From contig NC_092675.1 of NCBI RefSeq assembly GCF_964355755.1, positions 305,812-369,811 on the forward strand: a DNA stretch of 64,000 nucleotides. Reading direction: 5' to 3'. The DNA comes from Antedon mediterranea (taxonomy: Eukaryota > Animalia > Echinodermata). The notes beneath the pieces are model-generated. The model did not search any database. It was given only the letters and a program-made list of their open reading frames with translations, and had not been told where the DNA came from. How positions within the stretch are numbered: position 1 is the first letter of the stretch; each line of letters starts with the position of its first letter. Below, in pieces: positions 37,502 to 52,121 of this stretch. The position numbers and the translations under genes are program-made.

Positions 37502-40088
37502 CTGAAAAGAAGGGTAAAAAAAAAACATAAACTGGCCTACTACTTACTTACGCAACCTGGCCTTCTACTTACTTACGCAACCTGGCCTGCTACTTACGCA
37601 CGCAACCTGGCCTGCTACTTACGCACGCAACCTGGCCTGCTACTTACGCACGCAACCTGGCCTGCTACTTACGCACGCAACCTGGCCTGCTACTTACTTA
37701 GGCAACCTGGCCTGCTACTTACTTACGCAACCTGGCCTGCCACTTACTTACGCAACCTGGCCTGCCACTTACTTACGCAACCTGGCCTGCCACTTACTTA
37801 CGCAACCTGGCCTGCCACTTACTTACGCAACCTGGCCTGCCACTTACTTACGCAACCTGGCCTGCCACTTACGCACGCAACCTGGCCTGCCACTTACGCA
37901 CGCAACCTGGCCTGCCACTTACGCACGCAACCTGGCCTGCCACTTACGCACGCAACCTGGCCTGCCACTTACGCACGCAACCTGGCCTGCCACTTACGCA
38001 CGCAACCTGGCCTGCCACTTACTTACGCAACCTGGCCTGCCACTTACTTACGCAACCTGGCCTGCCACTTACGCACGCAACCTGGCCTGCCACTTACGCA
38101 CGCAACCTGCCCTGCCACTTACGCACGGACCTGCCCTGCCACTTGCGCACGCAACCTGCCCTGCCACTTACTCACGCAACCTGGCCTGCCACTTACGCAC
38201 GCAACCTGGCCTGCCACTTACTTACGCAACCTGGCCTGCTACTTACTCACGCAACCTGGCCTGCTACTTACGCACGCAACCTGGCCTGCTACTTACTCAC
38301 GCAACCTGGCCTGCTACTTACGCACGCAACCTGGCCTGCTACTTACGCACGCAACCTGGCTTTCCACTTACTTACGCAACCTGGCCTGCCACTTACGCAC
38401 GCAACCTGGCCTGCCACTTACGCACGCAACCTGGCCTGCCACTTACGCACGCAACCTGGCCTGCCACTTACTTACGCAACCTGGCCTGCCACTTACTTAC
38501 GCAACCTGGCCTGCTACTTACGCACGCAACCTGGCCTGCTACTTACGCACGCAACCTGGCCTGCTACTTGCATAACCTGACCTACTACTTAAGTACGCAA
38601 CCTGGCCTACTACTTACGTAAGCAATCTGGCCTGCTACTTACGCAACCTGGCCTACTTACGTACGCAACCTGGCCTACTACTTACGTAACCAGGCCTACT
38701 TACATATATGTTATGTTATGGCATTAATCCATGTGGTCCATCAGCCACCAGAATCTTATTTGTAGAGGACAAAAGCACACAGGTGAAAAGGTGTAGATCT
38801 TCATTCTGGGAACTGGACAAATATACTTCAGGGGAAGGCATAGTTCCTAACATTAACAACAGAATATTTAAACATGATACATTTTCTAAGAATTACATGA
38901 AAATGTTTTCACAACACAAATACTACGTATTACATTGTGTATTTTAACTAATAACAGTCCCACATTAAACATTACATGAAATACACAAACCTTTTAAATG
39001 GAAATATGTGATAATATTAAAAATATAGTGACAAAATTGGTTCTTACCCTTGGTATCATGTACTTGTGGTCTCTGTGAGCATCACCCTGTTTTGACGATG
39101 TTTCACTGTCCTTACGTTTACGCAATTTACACAATTTTATTCTCTTCTTTTATCATCAATACCTCCGCCTACTGTAAAATTCTCCTTCATGAGAAACAAA
39201 ATACATATATATTTTTGTGTCTCAATGCTGTGTGTGATTAGGCTAATTTCACTACAACCATGTGTATGCAAATTTGGTGTAATGGTTTTGTAACCACCCT
39301 TTCAACTAACAATATTTTCAGTTGACTAACAATAGAACAGCAACGCCAAAAACAAACAGGTGAATTTTAAAAGAAATTTTTAAAACTACTTGCATCAAAA
39401 AACATGTAAATTAAATTTAATCATGTTTTAAAATTACAAATCACAAATTATAAACTCTTGCCTATTGTACAAAAATGAAGTTTTTAGCCCCGGGACAATT
39501 CGGCACACATAAATTCATCGGCTTTGATATGCGTTTTATAAGCATAAAAAAAGCTTTTTTCCCCAAACTTTATTTTCAGAGACAGACACTATGGGGTAGT
39601 ACTACTAGGGCTAAAGATACAATAAAGCAAACATTTTCTAAACATTGTCGAAAGTCATCATTTTTTAGTCATGCGAACGATGTAAACAAGTTACGCCCTT
39701 TGTTGCACGAAACAAAGTTTTCGAAGTAATAATTGAAAATAAAATTTTTTTTTTTTTAGCAATTTATTTGATATATTATATAAACATTGTCAATATTAAT
39801 AAAATATGGATTGTTAAACACCTCTAAAAATGTGATAAATGTCCACAAAAATGAATATGAATTTGGTCTAAAGTTATATGTTTCGGACCACAAAGTGATC
39901 TATCTAGCTATATATGTAGCTTTCTATCATAATTTACCATAAAACGTTTATTTAAGACAAGGAATGACTTGGTTTAATGTTTTTAAAGTATTATATATAT
40001 TTATTATTTTTACAAATTGTCACAAATTATAGGAAAATGGTCTTTAGATAAGAAGTAAATAAATTCCTTAATTAAGTACAGAACTTAC

Positions 40089-40422
40089 CAAAGACAATCC
40101 AATACATTGCTTTAACCTGCATTTCTCGCTAATCCTGTTTTGTCCGCCAAATTTCTTCGTATCCTGAATAAAGCATTCACAATAATAATTTAAACAAATT
40201 ATATTTAATATTCAACTAAAAAGGTAGCCATACATTATGTGGTGTTTGTTAGGGTATTGCTGAACTATGCAAATATAAATAAAGTGGACACCTTATGACA
40301 TAGATTTAATTTGCCATTAATCTAGTATACTAAAACAATCTACTAACCAAGGAGTAGTCACATTCCCCACAATCGTCTTGACGTTAGCAAGCATCACAGC
40401 ATCCGTATCTACGTTTTGATTA
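40089..40422 (-). pseudogene. CXXC pseudo-exon pair, copy 9
   Basis: Counterpart of copy 2. Confidence 0.88.
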
Positions 40423-42564
40423 CTGAAAAGAAGGGTAAAAAAAAAACATAAACTGGCCTACTACTTACTTACGCAACCTGGCCTTCTACTTACTTACGCA
40501 ACCTGGCCTGCTACTTACGCACGCAACCTGGCCTGCTACTTACTTAGGCAACCTGGCCTGCTACTTACTTAGGCAACCTGGCCTGCTACTTACTTATGCA
40601 ACCTGGCCTGCCACTTACTTACGCAACCTGGCCTGCCACTTACTTACGCAACCTGGCCTGCCACTTACTCACGCAACCTGGCCTGCTACTTACGCACGCA
40701 ACCTGGCCTGCTACTTACGTACGCAGCCTGGCCTGCTACTTACGCACGCAACCTGGCCTGCCACTTACGCACGCAACCTGGCCTGCCACTTACGCACGCA
40801 ACCTGGCCTGCCACTTACGCACGCAACCTGGCCTGCCACTTACGCACGCAACCTGGCCTGCCACTTACGCACGCAACCTGGCCTGCCACTTACGCACGCA
40901 ACCTGGCCTGCCACTTACTTACGCAACCTAGCCTGCCACTTACTTACGCAACCTGGCCTGCTACTTACGCACGCAACCTGGCCTGCTACTTACGCACGCA
41001 ACCTGGCCTGCTACTTACGCACGCAACCTGGCCTGCTACTTGCATAACCTGACCTACTACTTACGTACGCAACCTGGCCTACTACTTACGTAAGCAATCT
41101 AGCCTGCTACTTACGCAACCTGGCCTACTTACGTACGCAACCTGGCCTACTACTTACGTAACCAGGCCTACTTACATATATGTTATGGCAGTAATCCATG
41201 TGGTCCATCAGTCACCAGAATCTTATTTGTAGAGGACAAAAGCACACAGGTGAAAAGGTGTAGATCTTCATTCTGGGAACTGGAAAAATATACTTCAGGG
41301 GAAGGCATAGTTCCTAACATTAACAACAGAATATTCAAACATGATACATTTTCTAAGAATTACATGAAAATGTTTTCACAACACAAATACTACGTATTAC
41401 ATTGTGTATTTTAACTAATAACAGTCCCACATTAAACATTACATGAAATACACAAACCTTTTAAATGGAAATATGTGATAATATTAAAAATATAGTGACA
41501 AAATTGGTTCTTACCCTTGGTATCATGTACGTGTGGTCTCTGTGAGCATCACCCTGTTCTGACGATGTTTCAATGTCCTTACGTTTACGCAATTTACACA
41601 ATTTTATTCTCTTCTTTTATCATCAATACCTCCGCCTACTGTAAAATTCTCCTACATATGAATTCATGAGAAACAAAATACATATATATTTTTGTGTCTC
41701 AATGCTGTGTGTGATTAGGCTAATTTCACTACAACCATGTGTATGCAAATTTGGTGTAATGGTTTTGTAACCAGCCTTTCAACTAACAATATTTTCAGTT
41801 GACTAACAATAGAACAGCAACGCCAAAAACAAACAGGTGAATTTTAAAAGAAATTTTTAAAACTACTTGCATCAAAAAACATGTAAATTAAATTTAATCA
41901 TGTTTTAAAATTACAAATCTCATATTATAAACTCTTGCCTATTGTACAAAAATGAAGTTTTTAGCCCCGGGACGATTCGGCACACATAAATTCATCGGCT
42001 TTGATATGCATTTTATAAGCATAAAATAAGCTTTTTTCCCCAAACTTTATTTTCAGAGACAGACACTATGGGGTAGTACTACTAGGGCTAAAGATGCAAT
42101 AAAGCAAACATTTTCTAAACATTGTCGAAAGTCATCATTTTTTAGTCATGCGAACGATGTAAACAAGTTACGCTCTTTGTTGCACGAAACAAAGTTTTCG
42201 AAGTAATAATTGAAAATAAAATTAGTTTTTTTTAGCAATTTATTTGATATATTATATAAACATTGTCAATATTAATAAAATATGGATTGTTAAACACCTC
42301 TAAAAATGTGATAAATGTCAACAAAAATGAATATGAATTTGGTCTAAAGTTATACGATTCGGACCACAAAGTGATCTATCTAGCTATCTATGTAGCTTTC
42401 TATCATAATTTACCATAAAACGTTTATTTAAGACAAGGAATGACTTGGTTTAATGTTTTTAAAGTATTATATATATTTATTATTTTTACAAATTGTCACA
42501 AATTATAGGAAAATGGTCTTTAGATAAGAAGTAAATAAATTCCTTAATTAAGTACAGAACTTAC

Positions 42565-42889
42565 CAAAGACAATCCAATACATTGCTTTAACCTGCATTT
42601 CTCGCTAATCCTGTTTTGTCCGCCAAATTTCTTCGTATCCTGAGTAAAGCATTCACAATAATAATTTAAAAAAATTATATTTAATATTCAACTAAAAAGG
42701 TAGCCATACATTATGTGGTGTTTGTTAGGGTATTGCTGAACCATGCAAATATAAATAAAGTGGACACCTTATGACATAGATTTAATTTGCCTTTAATCTA
42801 GTATACTAAAACAATCTACTAACCAAGGAGAAGCCACAATCGTCTTGACGTTAGCAAGCATCACAGCATCCGTATCTACGTTTTGATTA
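42565..42889 (-). pseudogene. CXXC pseudo-exon pair, copy 10
   Basis: Counterpart of copy 3. Confidence 0.88.
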
Positions 42890-45332
42890 CTGAAAAGAAG
42901 GGTAAAAAAAAAACATAAACTGGCCTACTACTTACTTACGCAACCTGGCCTGCTACTTACGCACGCAACCTGGCCTGCTACTTACGCACGCAACCTGGCC
43001 TTCTACTTACGCACGCAACCTGGCCTTCTACTTACTTAGGCAACCTGGCCTTCTACTTACTTACGCAACCTGGCCTGCTACTTACGCACGCAACCTGGCC
43101 TGCTACTTACGCACGCAACCTGGCCTTCTACTTACTCACGCAACCTGCCCTGCTACTTACGCACGCAACCTGGCCTGCTACTTATGCACGCAACCTGCCC
43201 TGCTACTTACGCACGCAACCTGGCCTGCTACTTACTTACGCAACCTGGCCTGCCACTTACGCACGCAACCTGGCCTGCCACTTACGCACGCAACCTGGCC
43301 TGCCACTTACGCACGCAACCTGGCCTGCCACTTACGCACGCAACCTGGCCTGCCACTTACGCACGCAACCTGGCCTGCCACTTACGCACGCAACCTGGCC
43401 TGCTACTTACGCAACCTGGCTTGCTACTTACTTACGCAACCTGGCCTGCTACTTACGCACGCAACCTGGCCTGCTACTTACGCACGCAACCTGGCCTGCT
43501 ACTTACGCACGCAACCTGGCATGCTACTTACGCACGCAACCTGGCATGCTACTTACGCACGCAACCTGGCATGCTACTTACTTACGCAACCTGGCCTGCT
43601 ACTTACGCACGCAACCTGGCCTGCTACTTACGCACGCAACCTGGCCTGCCACTTACGCACGCAAACTGGCCTGCCACTTACGCACGCAACCTGGCCTGCC
43701 ACTTACGCACGCAACCTGGCCTGCCACTTACGCACGCAACCTGGCCTGCCACTTACGCACGCAACCTGGCCTGCCACTTACGCACGCAACCTGGCCTGCT
43801 ACTTACTTACGCAACCTGGCCTGCTACTTACGCACGCAACCTGGCCTGCTACTTATTTACGCAACCTGGCCTACTACTTACGTAAGCAATCTGGCCTGCT
43901 ACTTACGCACGCAACCTGGCCTGCCACTTACTTACGCAACCTGGCCTACTACTTACATATATGTTATGGCATTAATCCATGTGGTCCATCAGCCACCAGA
44001 ATCTTATTTGTAGAGGACAAAAGCACACAGGTGAAAAGGTGTAGATCTTCATTCTGGGAACTGGACAAATATACTTCAGGGGAAGGCATAGTTCCTAACA
44101 TTAACAACAGAATATTTAAACATGATACATTTTCTAAGAATTACATGAAAATGTTTTCACAACACAAATACTACGTATTACATTGTGTATTTTAACTAAT
44201 AACAGTCCCACATTAAACATTACATGAAATACACAAACCTTTTAAATGGAAATATGTGATAATATTAAAAATATAGTGACAAAATTGGTTCTTACCCTTG
44301 GTATCATGTACTTGTGGTCTCTGTGAGCATCACCCTGTTTTGACGATGTTTCACTGTCCTTACGTTTACGCAATTTACACAATTTTATTCTCTTCTTTTA
44401 TCATCAATACCTCCGCCTACTGTAAAATTCTCCTTCATGAGAAACAAAATACATATATATTTTTGTGTCTCAATGCTGTGTGTGATTAGGCTAATTTCAC
44501 TACAACCATGTGTATGCAAATTTGGTGTAATGGTTTTGTAACCACCCTTTCAACTAACAATATTTTCAGTTGACAAACAATAGAACAGCAACGCCAAAAA
44601 CAAACAGGTGAATTTTAAAAGAAATTTTTAAAACTACTTGCATCAAAAAACATGTAAATTAAATTTAATCATGTTTTAAAATTACAAATCACAAATTATA
44701 AACTCTTGCCTATTGTACAAAAATGAAGTTTTTAGCCCCGGGACGATTCGGCACACATAAATTTATCGGCTTTGATATGCGTTTTATAAGCATAAAATAA
44801 GCTTTTTTCCCCAAACTTTATTTTCAGAGACACTATGGGGTAGTACTACTAGGGCTAAAGATGCAATAAAGCAAACATTTTCTAAACATTGTCGAAAGTC
44901 ATCATTTTTTAGTCATGCGAACGATGTAAACAAGTTACGCCCTTTGTTGCTCGAAACAAAGTTTTCGAAGTAATAATTGAAAATAAAATTAGTTTTTTTT
45001 TAGCAATTTATTTGATATATTATATAAACATTGTCAATATTAATAAAATATGGATTGTTAAACACCTCTAAAAATGTGATAAATGTCAACAAAAATTAAT
45101 ATGAATTTGGTCTAAAGTTATACGTTTCGGACCACAAAGTGATCTATCTAGCTATCTACGTAGCTTTCTATCATAATTTACCATAAAACGTTTATTTAAG
45201 ACAAGGAATGACTTGGTTTAATGTTTTTAAAGTATTATATATATTTATTATTTTTACAAATTGTCACAAATTATAGGAAAATGGTCTTTAGATAAGAAGT
45301 AAATAAATTCCTTAATTAAGTACAGAACATAC

Positions 45333-45665
45333 CAAAGACAATCCAAACATTGCTTTAACCTGCATTTCTCGCTAATCCTGTTTTGTCCGCCAAATTTCTT
45401 CAAATCCTGAATAAAGCATTCACAATAATAATTTAAACAAATTATATTTAATATTCAACTAAAAAGGTAGCCATACATTATGTGGTGTTTGTTAGGGTAT
45501 TGCTGAACTATGCAAATATAAATAAAGTGGACACCTTATGACATAGATTTAATTTGCCATTAATCTAGTATACTACAACAATCTACTAACCAAGGAGTAG
45601 TCACATTCCCCACAATCGTCTTGACGTTAGCAAGCATCACAGCATCCGTATCTACGTTTTGATTA
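45333..45665 (-). pseudogene. CXXC pseudo-exon pair, copy 11
   Basis: Counterpart of copy 4. Confidence 0.88.
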
Positions 45666-48453
45666 CTGAAAAGAAGGGTAAAAAAAAAACATAAACTGGC
45701 CTACTACTTACTTACGCAACCTGGCCTTCTACTTACTTATGCAACCTGGCCTGCTACTTACGCACGCAACCTGGCCTGCTACTTACGCACGCAACCTGGC
45801 CTGCTACTTACGCACGCAACCTGGCCTGCTACTTACTTAGGCAACCTGGCCTGCTACTTACTTAGGCAACCTGGCCTGCTACTTACTTACGCAACCTGGC
45901 CTGCCACTTACTTACGCAACCTGGCCTGCCACTTACGCACGCAACCTGGCCTGCCACTTACGCACGCAACCTGGCCTGCCACTTACGCACGCAACCTGGC
46001 CTGCCACTTACGCACGCAACCTGGCCTTCCACTTACGCACGCAACCTGGCCTGCCACTTACTTACGCAACCTGGCCTGCCACTTACGCACGCAACCTGGC
46101 CTGCCACTTACGCACGCAACCTGGCCTGCCACTTACTTACGCAACCTGGCCTGCCACTTACTTACGCAACCTGGCCTGCCACTTACGCACGCAACCTGGC
46201 CTGCCACTTACGCACGCAACCTGGCCTGCCACTTACGCACGCAACCTGGCCTGCCACTTACGCACGCAACCTGGCCTGCCACTTACGCACGCAACCTGGC
46301 CTGCCACTTACGCACGCAACATGCCCTGCCACTTACGCACGCAACCTGCCCTGCCACTTACTCACGCAACCTGGCCTGCCACTTACGCACGCAACCTGGC
46401 CTGCTACTTACGCACGCAACCTGGCTTTCCACTTACTTACGCAACCTGGCCTGCCACTTACTTACGCAACCTGGCCTGCCACTTACTTACGCAACCTGGC
46501 CTGCTAATTACTCACGCAACCTGGCCTGCTACTTACGCACGCAACCTGGCCTGCTACTTACGCACGCAACCTGGCCTGCTACTTACTCACGCAACCTGGC
46601 CTGCTACTTATGCACGCAACCTGGCCTGCTACTTACTTACGCAACCTGGCTTTCCACTTACTTACGCAACCTGGCCTGCCACTTACGCACGCAACCTGGC
46701 CTGCCACTTACGCACGCAACCTGGCCTGCCACTTACTTACGCAACCTGGCCTGCCACTTACAAACGCAACCTGGCCTGCCACTTACGCACGCAACCTGGC
46801 CTGCCACTTACGCACGCAACCTGGCCTGCCACTTACGCACGCAACCTGGCCTGCCACTTACTTACGCAACCTGGCCTGCTACTTACGCACGCAACCTGGC
46901 CTACTACAGTACTTACGCACGCAACCTGGCCTGCTACTTACGCACGCAACCTGGCCTACTACTTAAGTACGCAACCTGGCCTACTACTTACGTAAGCAAT
47001 CTGGCCTGCTACTTACGCAACCTGGCCTACTTACGTACGCAACCTGGCCTACTACTTACGTAACCAGGCCTACTTACATATATGTTATGGCATTAATCCA
47101 TGTGGTCCATCAGCCACCAGAATCTTATTTGTAGAGGACAAAAGCACACAGGTGAAAAGGTGTAGATCTTCATTCTGGGAACTGGAAAAATATACTTCAG
47201 GGGAAGGCATAGTTCCTAACATTAACAACAGAATATTTAAACATGATACATTTTCTAAGAATTACATGAAAATGTTTTCACAACACAAATACTACGTATT
47301 ACATTGTGTATTTTAACTAATAACAGTCCCACATTAAACATTACATGAAATACACAAACCTTTTAAATGGAAATATGTGATAATATTAAAAATATAGTGA
47401 CAAAATTGGTTCTTACCCTTGGTATCATGTACTTGTGGTCTCTGTGAGCATCACCCTGTTTTGACGATGTTTCACTGTCCTTACGTTTACGCAATTTACA
47501 CAATTTTATTCTCTTCTTTTATCATCAATACCTCCGCCTACTGTAAAATTCTCCTTCATGAGAAACAAAATACATATATATTTTTGTGTCTCAATGCTGT
47601 GTGTGATTAGGCTAATTTCACTACAACCATGTGTATGCAAATTTGGTGTAATGGTTTTGTAACCACCCTTTCAACTAACATTATTTTCAGTTGACTAACA
47701 ATAGAACAGCAACGCCAAAAACAAACAGGTGAATTTTAAAAGAAATTTTTAAAACTACTTGCATCAAAAAACATGTAAATTAAATTTAATCATGTTTTAA
47801 AATTACAAATCACAAATTATAAACTCTTGCCTATTGTACAAAAATGAAGTTTTTAGCCCCGGGACGATTCGGCACACATAAATTCATCGGCTTTGATATG
47901 CGTTTTATAAGCATAAAATAAGCTTTTTTCCCCAAACTTTATTTTCAGAGACACTATGGGGTAGTACTACTAGGGCTAAAGATACAATAAAGCAAACATT
48001 TTCTAAACATTGTCGAAAGTCATCATTTTTTAGTCATGCGAACGATGTAAACAAGTTACGCCCTTTGTTGCACGAAACAAAGTTTTCGAAGTAATAATTG
48101 AAAATAAAATTAGTTTTTTTTTAGCAATTTATTTGATATATTATATAAACATTGTCAATATTAATAAAATATGGATTGTTAAACACCTCTAAAAATGTGA
48201 TAAATGTCAACAAAAATGAATATGAATTTGGTCTAAAGTTATACGTTTCGGACCACAAAGTGATCTATCTAGCTATATATGTAGCTTTCTATCATAATTT
48301 ACCATAAAACGTTTATTTAAGACAAGGAATGACTTGGTTTAATGTTTTTAAAGTATTATATATATTTATTATTTTTACAAATTGTCACAAATTATAGGAA
48401 AATGGTCTTTAAATAAGAAGAAAGGAAATTCTTTAATTAAGTACAGAACTTAC

Positions 48454-48778
48454 CAAAGGCAATCCAATACATTGCTTTAACCTGCATTTCTCGCTAATCC
48501 TGTTTTGTCCGCCAAATTTCTTCGTATCCTGAGTAAAGCATTCACAATAATAATTTAAAAAAATTATATTTAATATTCAACTAAAAAGGTAGCCATACAT
48601 TATGTGGTGTTTGTTAGGGTATTGCTGAACCATGCAAATATAAATAAAGTGGACACCTTATGACATAGATTTAATTTGCCTTTAATCTAGTATACTAAAA
48701 CAATCTACTAACCAAGGAGAAGCCACAATCGTCTTGACGTTAGCAAGCATCACAGCATCCGTATGTACGTTTTGATTA
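48454..48778 (-). pseudogene. CXXC pseudo-exon pair, copy 12
   Basis: Counterpart of copy 5. Confidence 0.88.
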
Positions 48779-51652
48779 CTGAAAAGAAGGGTAAAAAAAA
48801 ACATAAACTGGCTTACTACTTACTTACGCAACCTGGCCTGCTACTTACGCACGCAACCTGGCCTGCTACTTACGCACGCAACCTGGCCTGCTACTTACGC
48901 ACGCAACCTGGCCTTCTACTTACGCACGCAACCTGGCCTTCTACTTACTTAGGCAACCTGGCCTGCTACTTACTTACGCAACCTGGCCTGCCACTTACTT
49001 ACGCAACCTGGCCTGCCACTTACGCACGCAACCTGGCCTGCTACTTACGCACGCAACCTGGCCTGCCACTTACGCACGCAACATGGCCTGCCACTTACGC
49101 ACGCAACCTGGCCTTCTACTTACTTACGCAACCTGGCCTGCTACTTACTTACGCAACCTGGCCTGCTACTTACGCACGCAACCTGGCCTGCTACTTACTC
49201 ACGCAACCTGGCCTGCTACTTACGCACGCAACCTGGCCTGCTACTTACGCACGCAACCTGGCCTGCTACTTACGCACGCAACCTGGCCTGCTACTTACTT
49301 ACGCAACCTGGCCTTCCACTTACGCACGCAACCTGGCCTGCTACTTACGCACGCAACCTGGCCTGCCACTTACGCACGCAACCTGGCCTGCCACTTACGC
49401 ACGCAACCTGGCCTGCCACTTACGCACGCAACCTGGCCTGCCACTTACGCAACCTGGCCTGGTACTTACTTACGCAACCTGGCCTGCTACTTACGCACGC
49501 AACCTTGCATGCTACTTACGCACGCAACCTGGCATGCTACTTACGCACGCAACCTGGCATGCTACTTACGCACGCAACCTGGCCTGCTACTTACGCACGC
49601 AACCTGGCCTGCTACTTACGCACGCAACCTGGCCTGCTACTTACGCACGCAACCTGGCCTGCTACTTACGCACGCAACTTGGCCTGCTACTTACGCACGC
49701 AACCTGGCCTGCCACTTACGCACGCAACCTGGCCTGCCACTTACGCACGCAACCTGGCCTGCCACTTACGCACGCAACCTGGCCTGCCACTTACGCACGC
49801 AACCTGGCCTGCCACTTACGCACGCAACCTGGCCTGCTACTTACGCACGCAACCTGGCCTGCTACTTACGTACGCAACCTGGTCTGCTACTTACGCACGC
49901 AACCTGGCCTGCCACTTACGCACGCAACCTGGCCTGCCACTTACTTACGCAACCTGGCCTGCGACTTACGCACGCAACCTGGCCTGCCACTTACGCACGC
50001 AACCTGGCCTGCCACTTACGCACGCAACCTGGCCTGCCACTTACTTACGCAACCTAGCCTGCCACTTACGCACGCAACCTGGCCTGCTACTTACGCACGC
50101 AACCTGGCCTGCTACTTACGCACGCAACCTGACCTGCTACTTGCATAACCTGACCTACTACTTACGTACGCAACCTGGCCTACTACTTACGTAAGCAATC
50201 TGGCCTGCTACTTACGCAACCTGGCCTACTTACGTACGCAACCTGGCCTACTACTTACGTAACCAGGCCTACTTACATATATGTTATGGTAGTAATCCAT
50301 GTGGTCCATCAGTCACCAGAATCTTATTTGTAGAGGACAAAAGCACACAGGTGAAAAGGTGTAGATCTTCATTCTGGGAACTGGAAAAATATACTTCAGG
50401 GGAAGGCATAGTTCCTAACATTAACAACAGAATATTCAAACATGATACATTTTCTAAGAATTACATGAAAATGTTTTCACAACACAAATACTACGTATTA
50501 CATTTTGTATTTTAACAGTCCCACATTAAACATTACATGAAATACACAAACCTTTTAAATGGAAATATGTGATAATATTAAAAATATAGTGACAAAATTG
50601 GTTCTTACCCTTGGTATCATGTACGTGTGGTCTCTGTGAGCATCACCCTGTTCTGACGATGTTTCAATGTCCTTACGTTTACGCAATTTACACAATTTTA
50701 TTCTCTTCTTTTATCATCAATACCTCCGCCTACTGTAAAATTCTCCTACATATGAATTCATGAGAAACAAAATACATATATATTTTTGTGTCTCAATGCT
50801 GTGTGTGATTAGGCTAATTTCACTACAACCATGTGTATGCAAATTTGGTGTAATGGTTTTGTAACCAGCCTTTCAACTAACAATATTTTCAGTTGACTAA
50901 CAATAGAACAGCAACGCCAAAAACAAACAGGTGAATTTTAAAAGAAATTTTTAAAACTACTTGCATCAAAAAACATGTAAATTAAATTTAGTCATGTTTT
51001 AAAATTACAAATCTCATATTATAAACTCTTGCCTATTGTACAAAAATGAAGTTTTTAGCCCCGGAACGATTCGGCACACATAAATTCATCGGCTTTGATA
51101 TGCGTTTTATAAGCATAAAATAAGCTTTTTTCCCCAAACTTTATTTTCAGAGACACTATGGGGTAGTACTACTAGGGCTAAAGATGCAATAAAGCAAACA
51201 TTTTCTAAACATTGTCGAAAGTCATGATTTTTTAGTCATGCGAACGATGTAAACAAGTTACGCCCTTTGTTGCACGAAACAAAGTTTTCGAAGTAATAAT
51301 TGAAAATAAAATTAGGTTTTTTTTACCAATTTATTTGATATATTATATAAACATTGTCAATATTAATAAAATATGGATTGTTAAACACCTCTAAAAATGT
51401 AATAAATGTCAACAAAAATGAATATGATTTTGGTCTAAAGTTATACGTTTCGGACCACAAAGTGATCTATCTAGCTATCTACGTAGCTTTCTATCATAAT
51501 TTACCATAAAACGTTTATTTAAGACAAGGAATGACTTGGTTTAATGTTTTTAAAGTATTATATATATTTATTATTTTTACAAATTGTCACAAATTATAGG
51601 AAAATGGTCTTTAAATAAGAAGAAAGGAAATTCTTTAATTAAGTACAGAACT

Positions 51653-51789
51653 AGTACATCTTTCGAGACGAGTAGGGGGTTACCCCGGTGTATTAGTACA
51701 TCACAGCCACTGATCACCAACTGGGCCCTCTGGGAGACCAGTCATTGACTGAAGAGGTTACCCAGTATAAATATATATTTCAATCAATC
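51653..51789 (+). mobile_element. Same 137-bp insertion, copy 3
   Basis: Same sequence and site as 31005-31141. Confidence 0.8.
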
Positions 51790-51796
51790 AACTTAC

Positions 51797-52121
51797 CAAA
51801 GGCAATCCAATACATTGCTTTAACCTGCATTTCTCGCTAATCCTGTTTTGTCCGCCAAATTTCTTCGTATCCCGAGTAAAGCATTCACAATAATAATTAA
51901 AAAAAATTATATTTAATATTCAACTAAAAAGGTAGCCATACATTATGTGGTGTTTGTTAGGGTATTGCTGAACCATGCAAATATAAATAAAGTGGACACC
52001 TTATGACATAGATTTAATTTGCCTTTAATCTAGTATACTAAAACAATCTACTAACCAAGGAGAAGCCACAATCGTCTTGACGTTAGCAAGCATCACAGCA
52101 TCCGTATCTACGTTTTGATTA
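51797..52121 (-). pseudogene. CXXC pseudo-exon pair, copy 13
   Basis: Counterpart of copy 6. Confidence 0.88.
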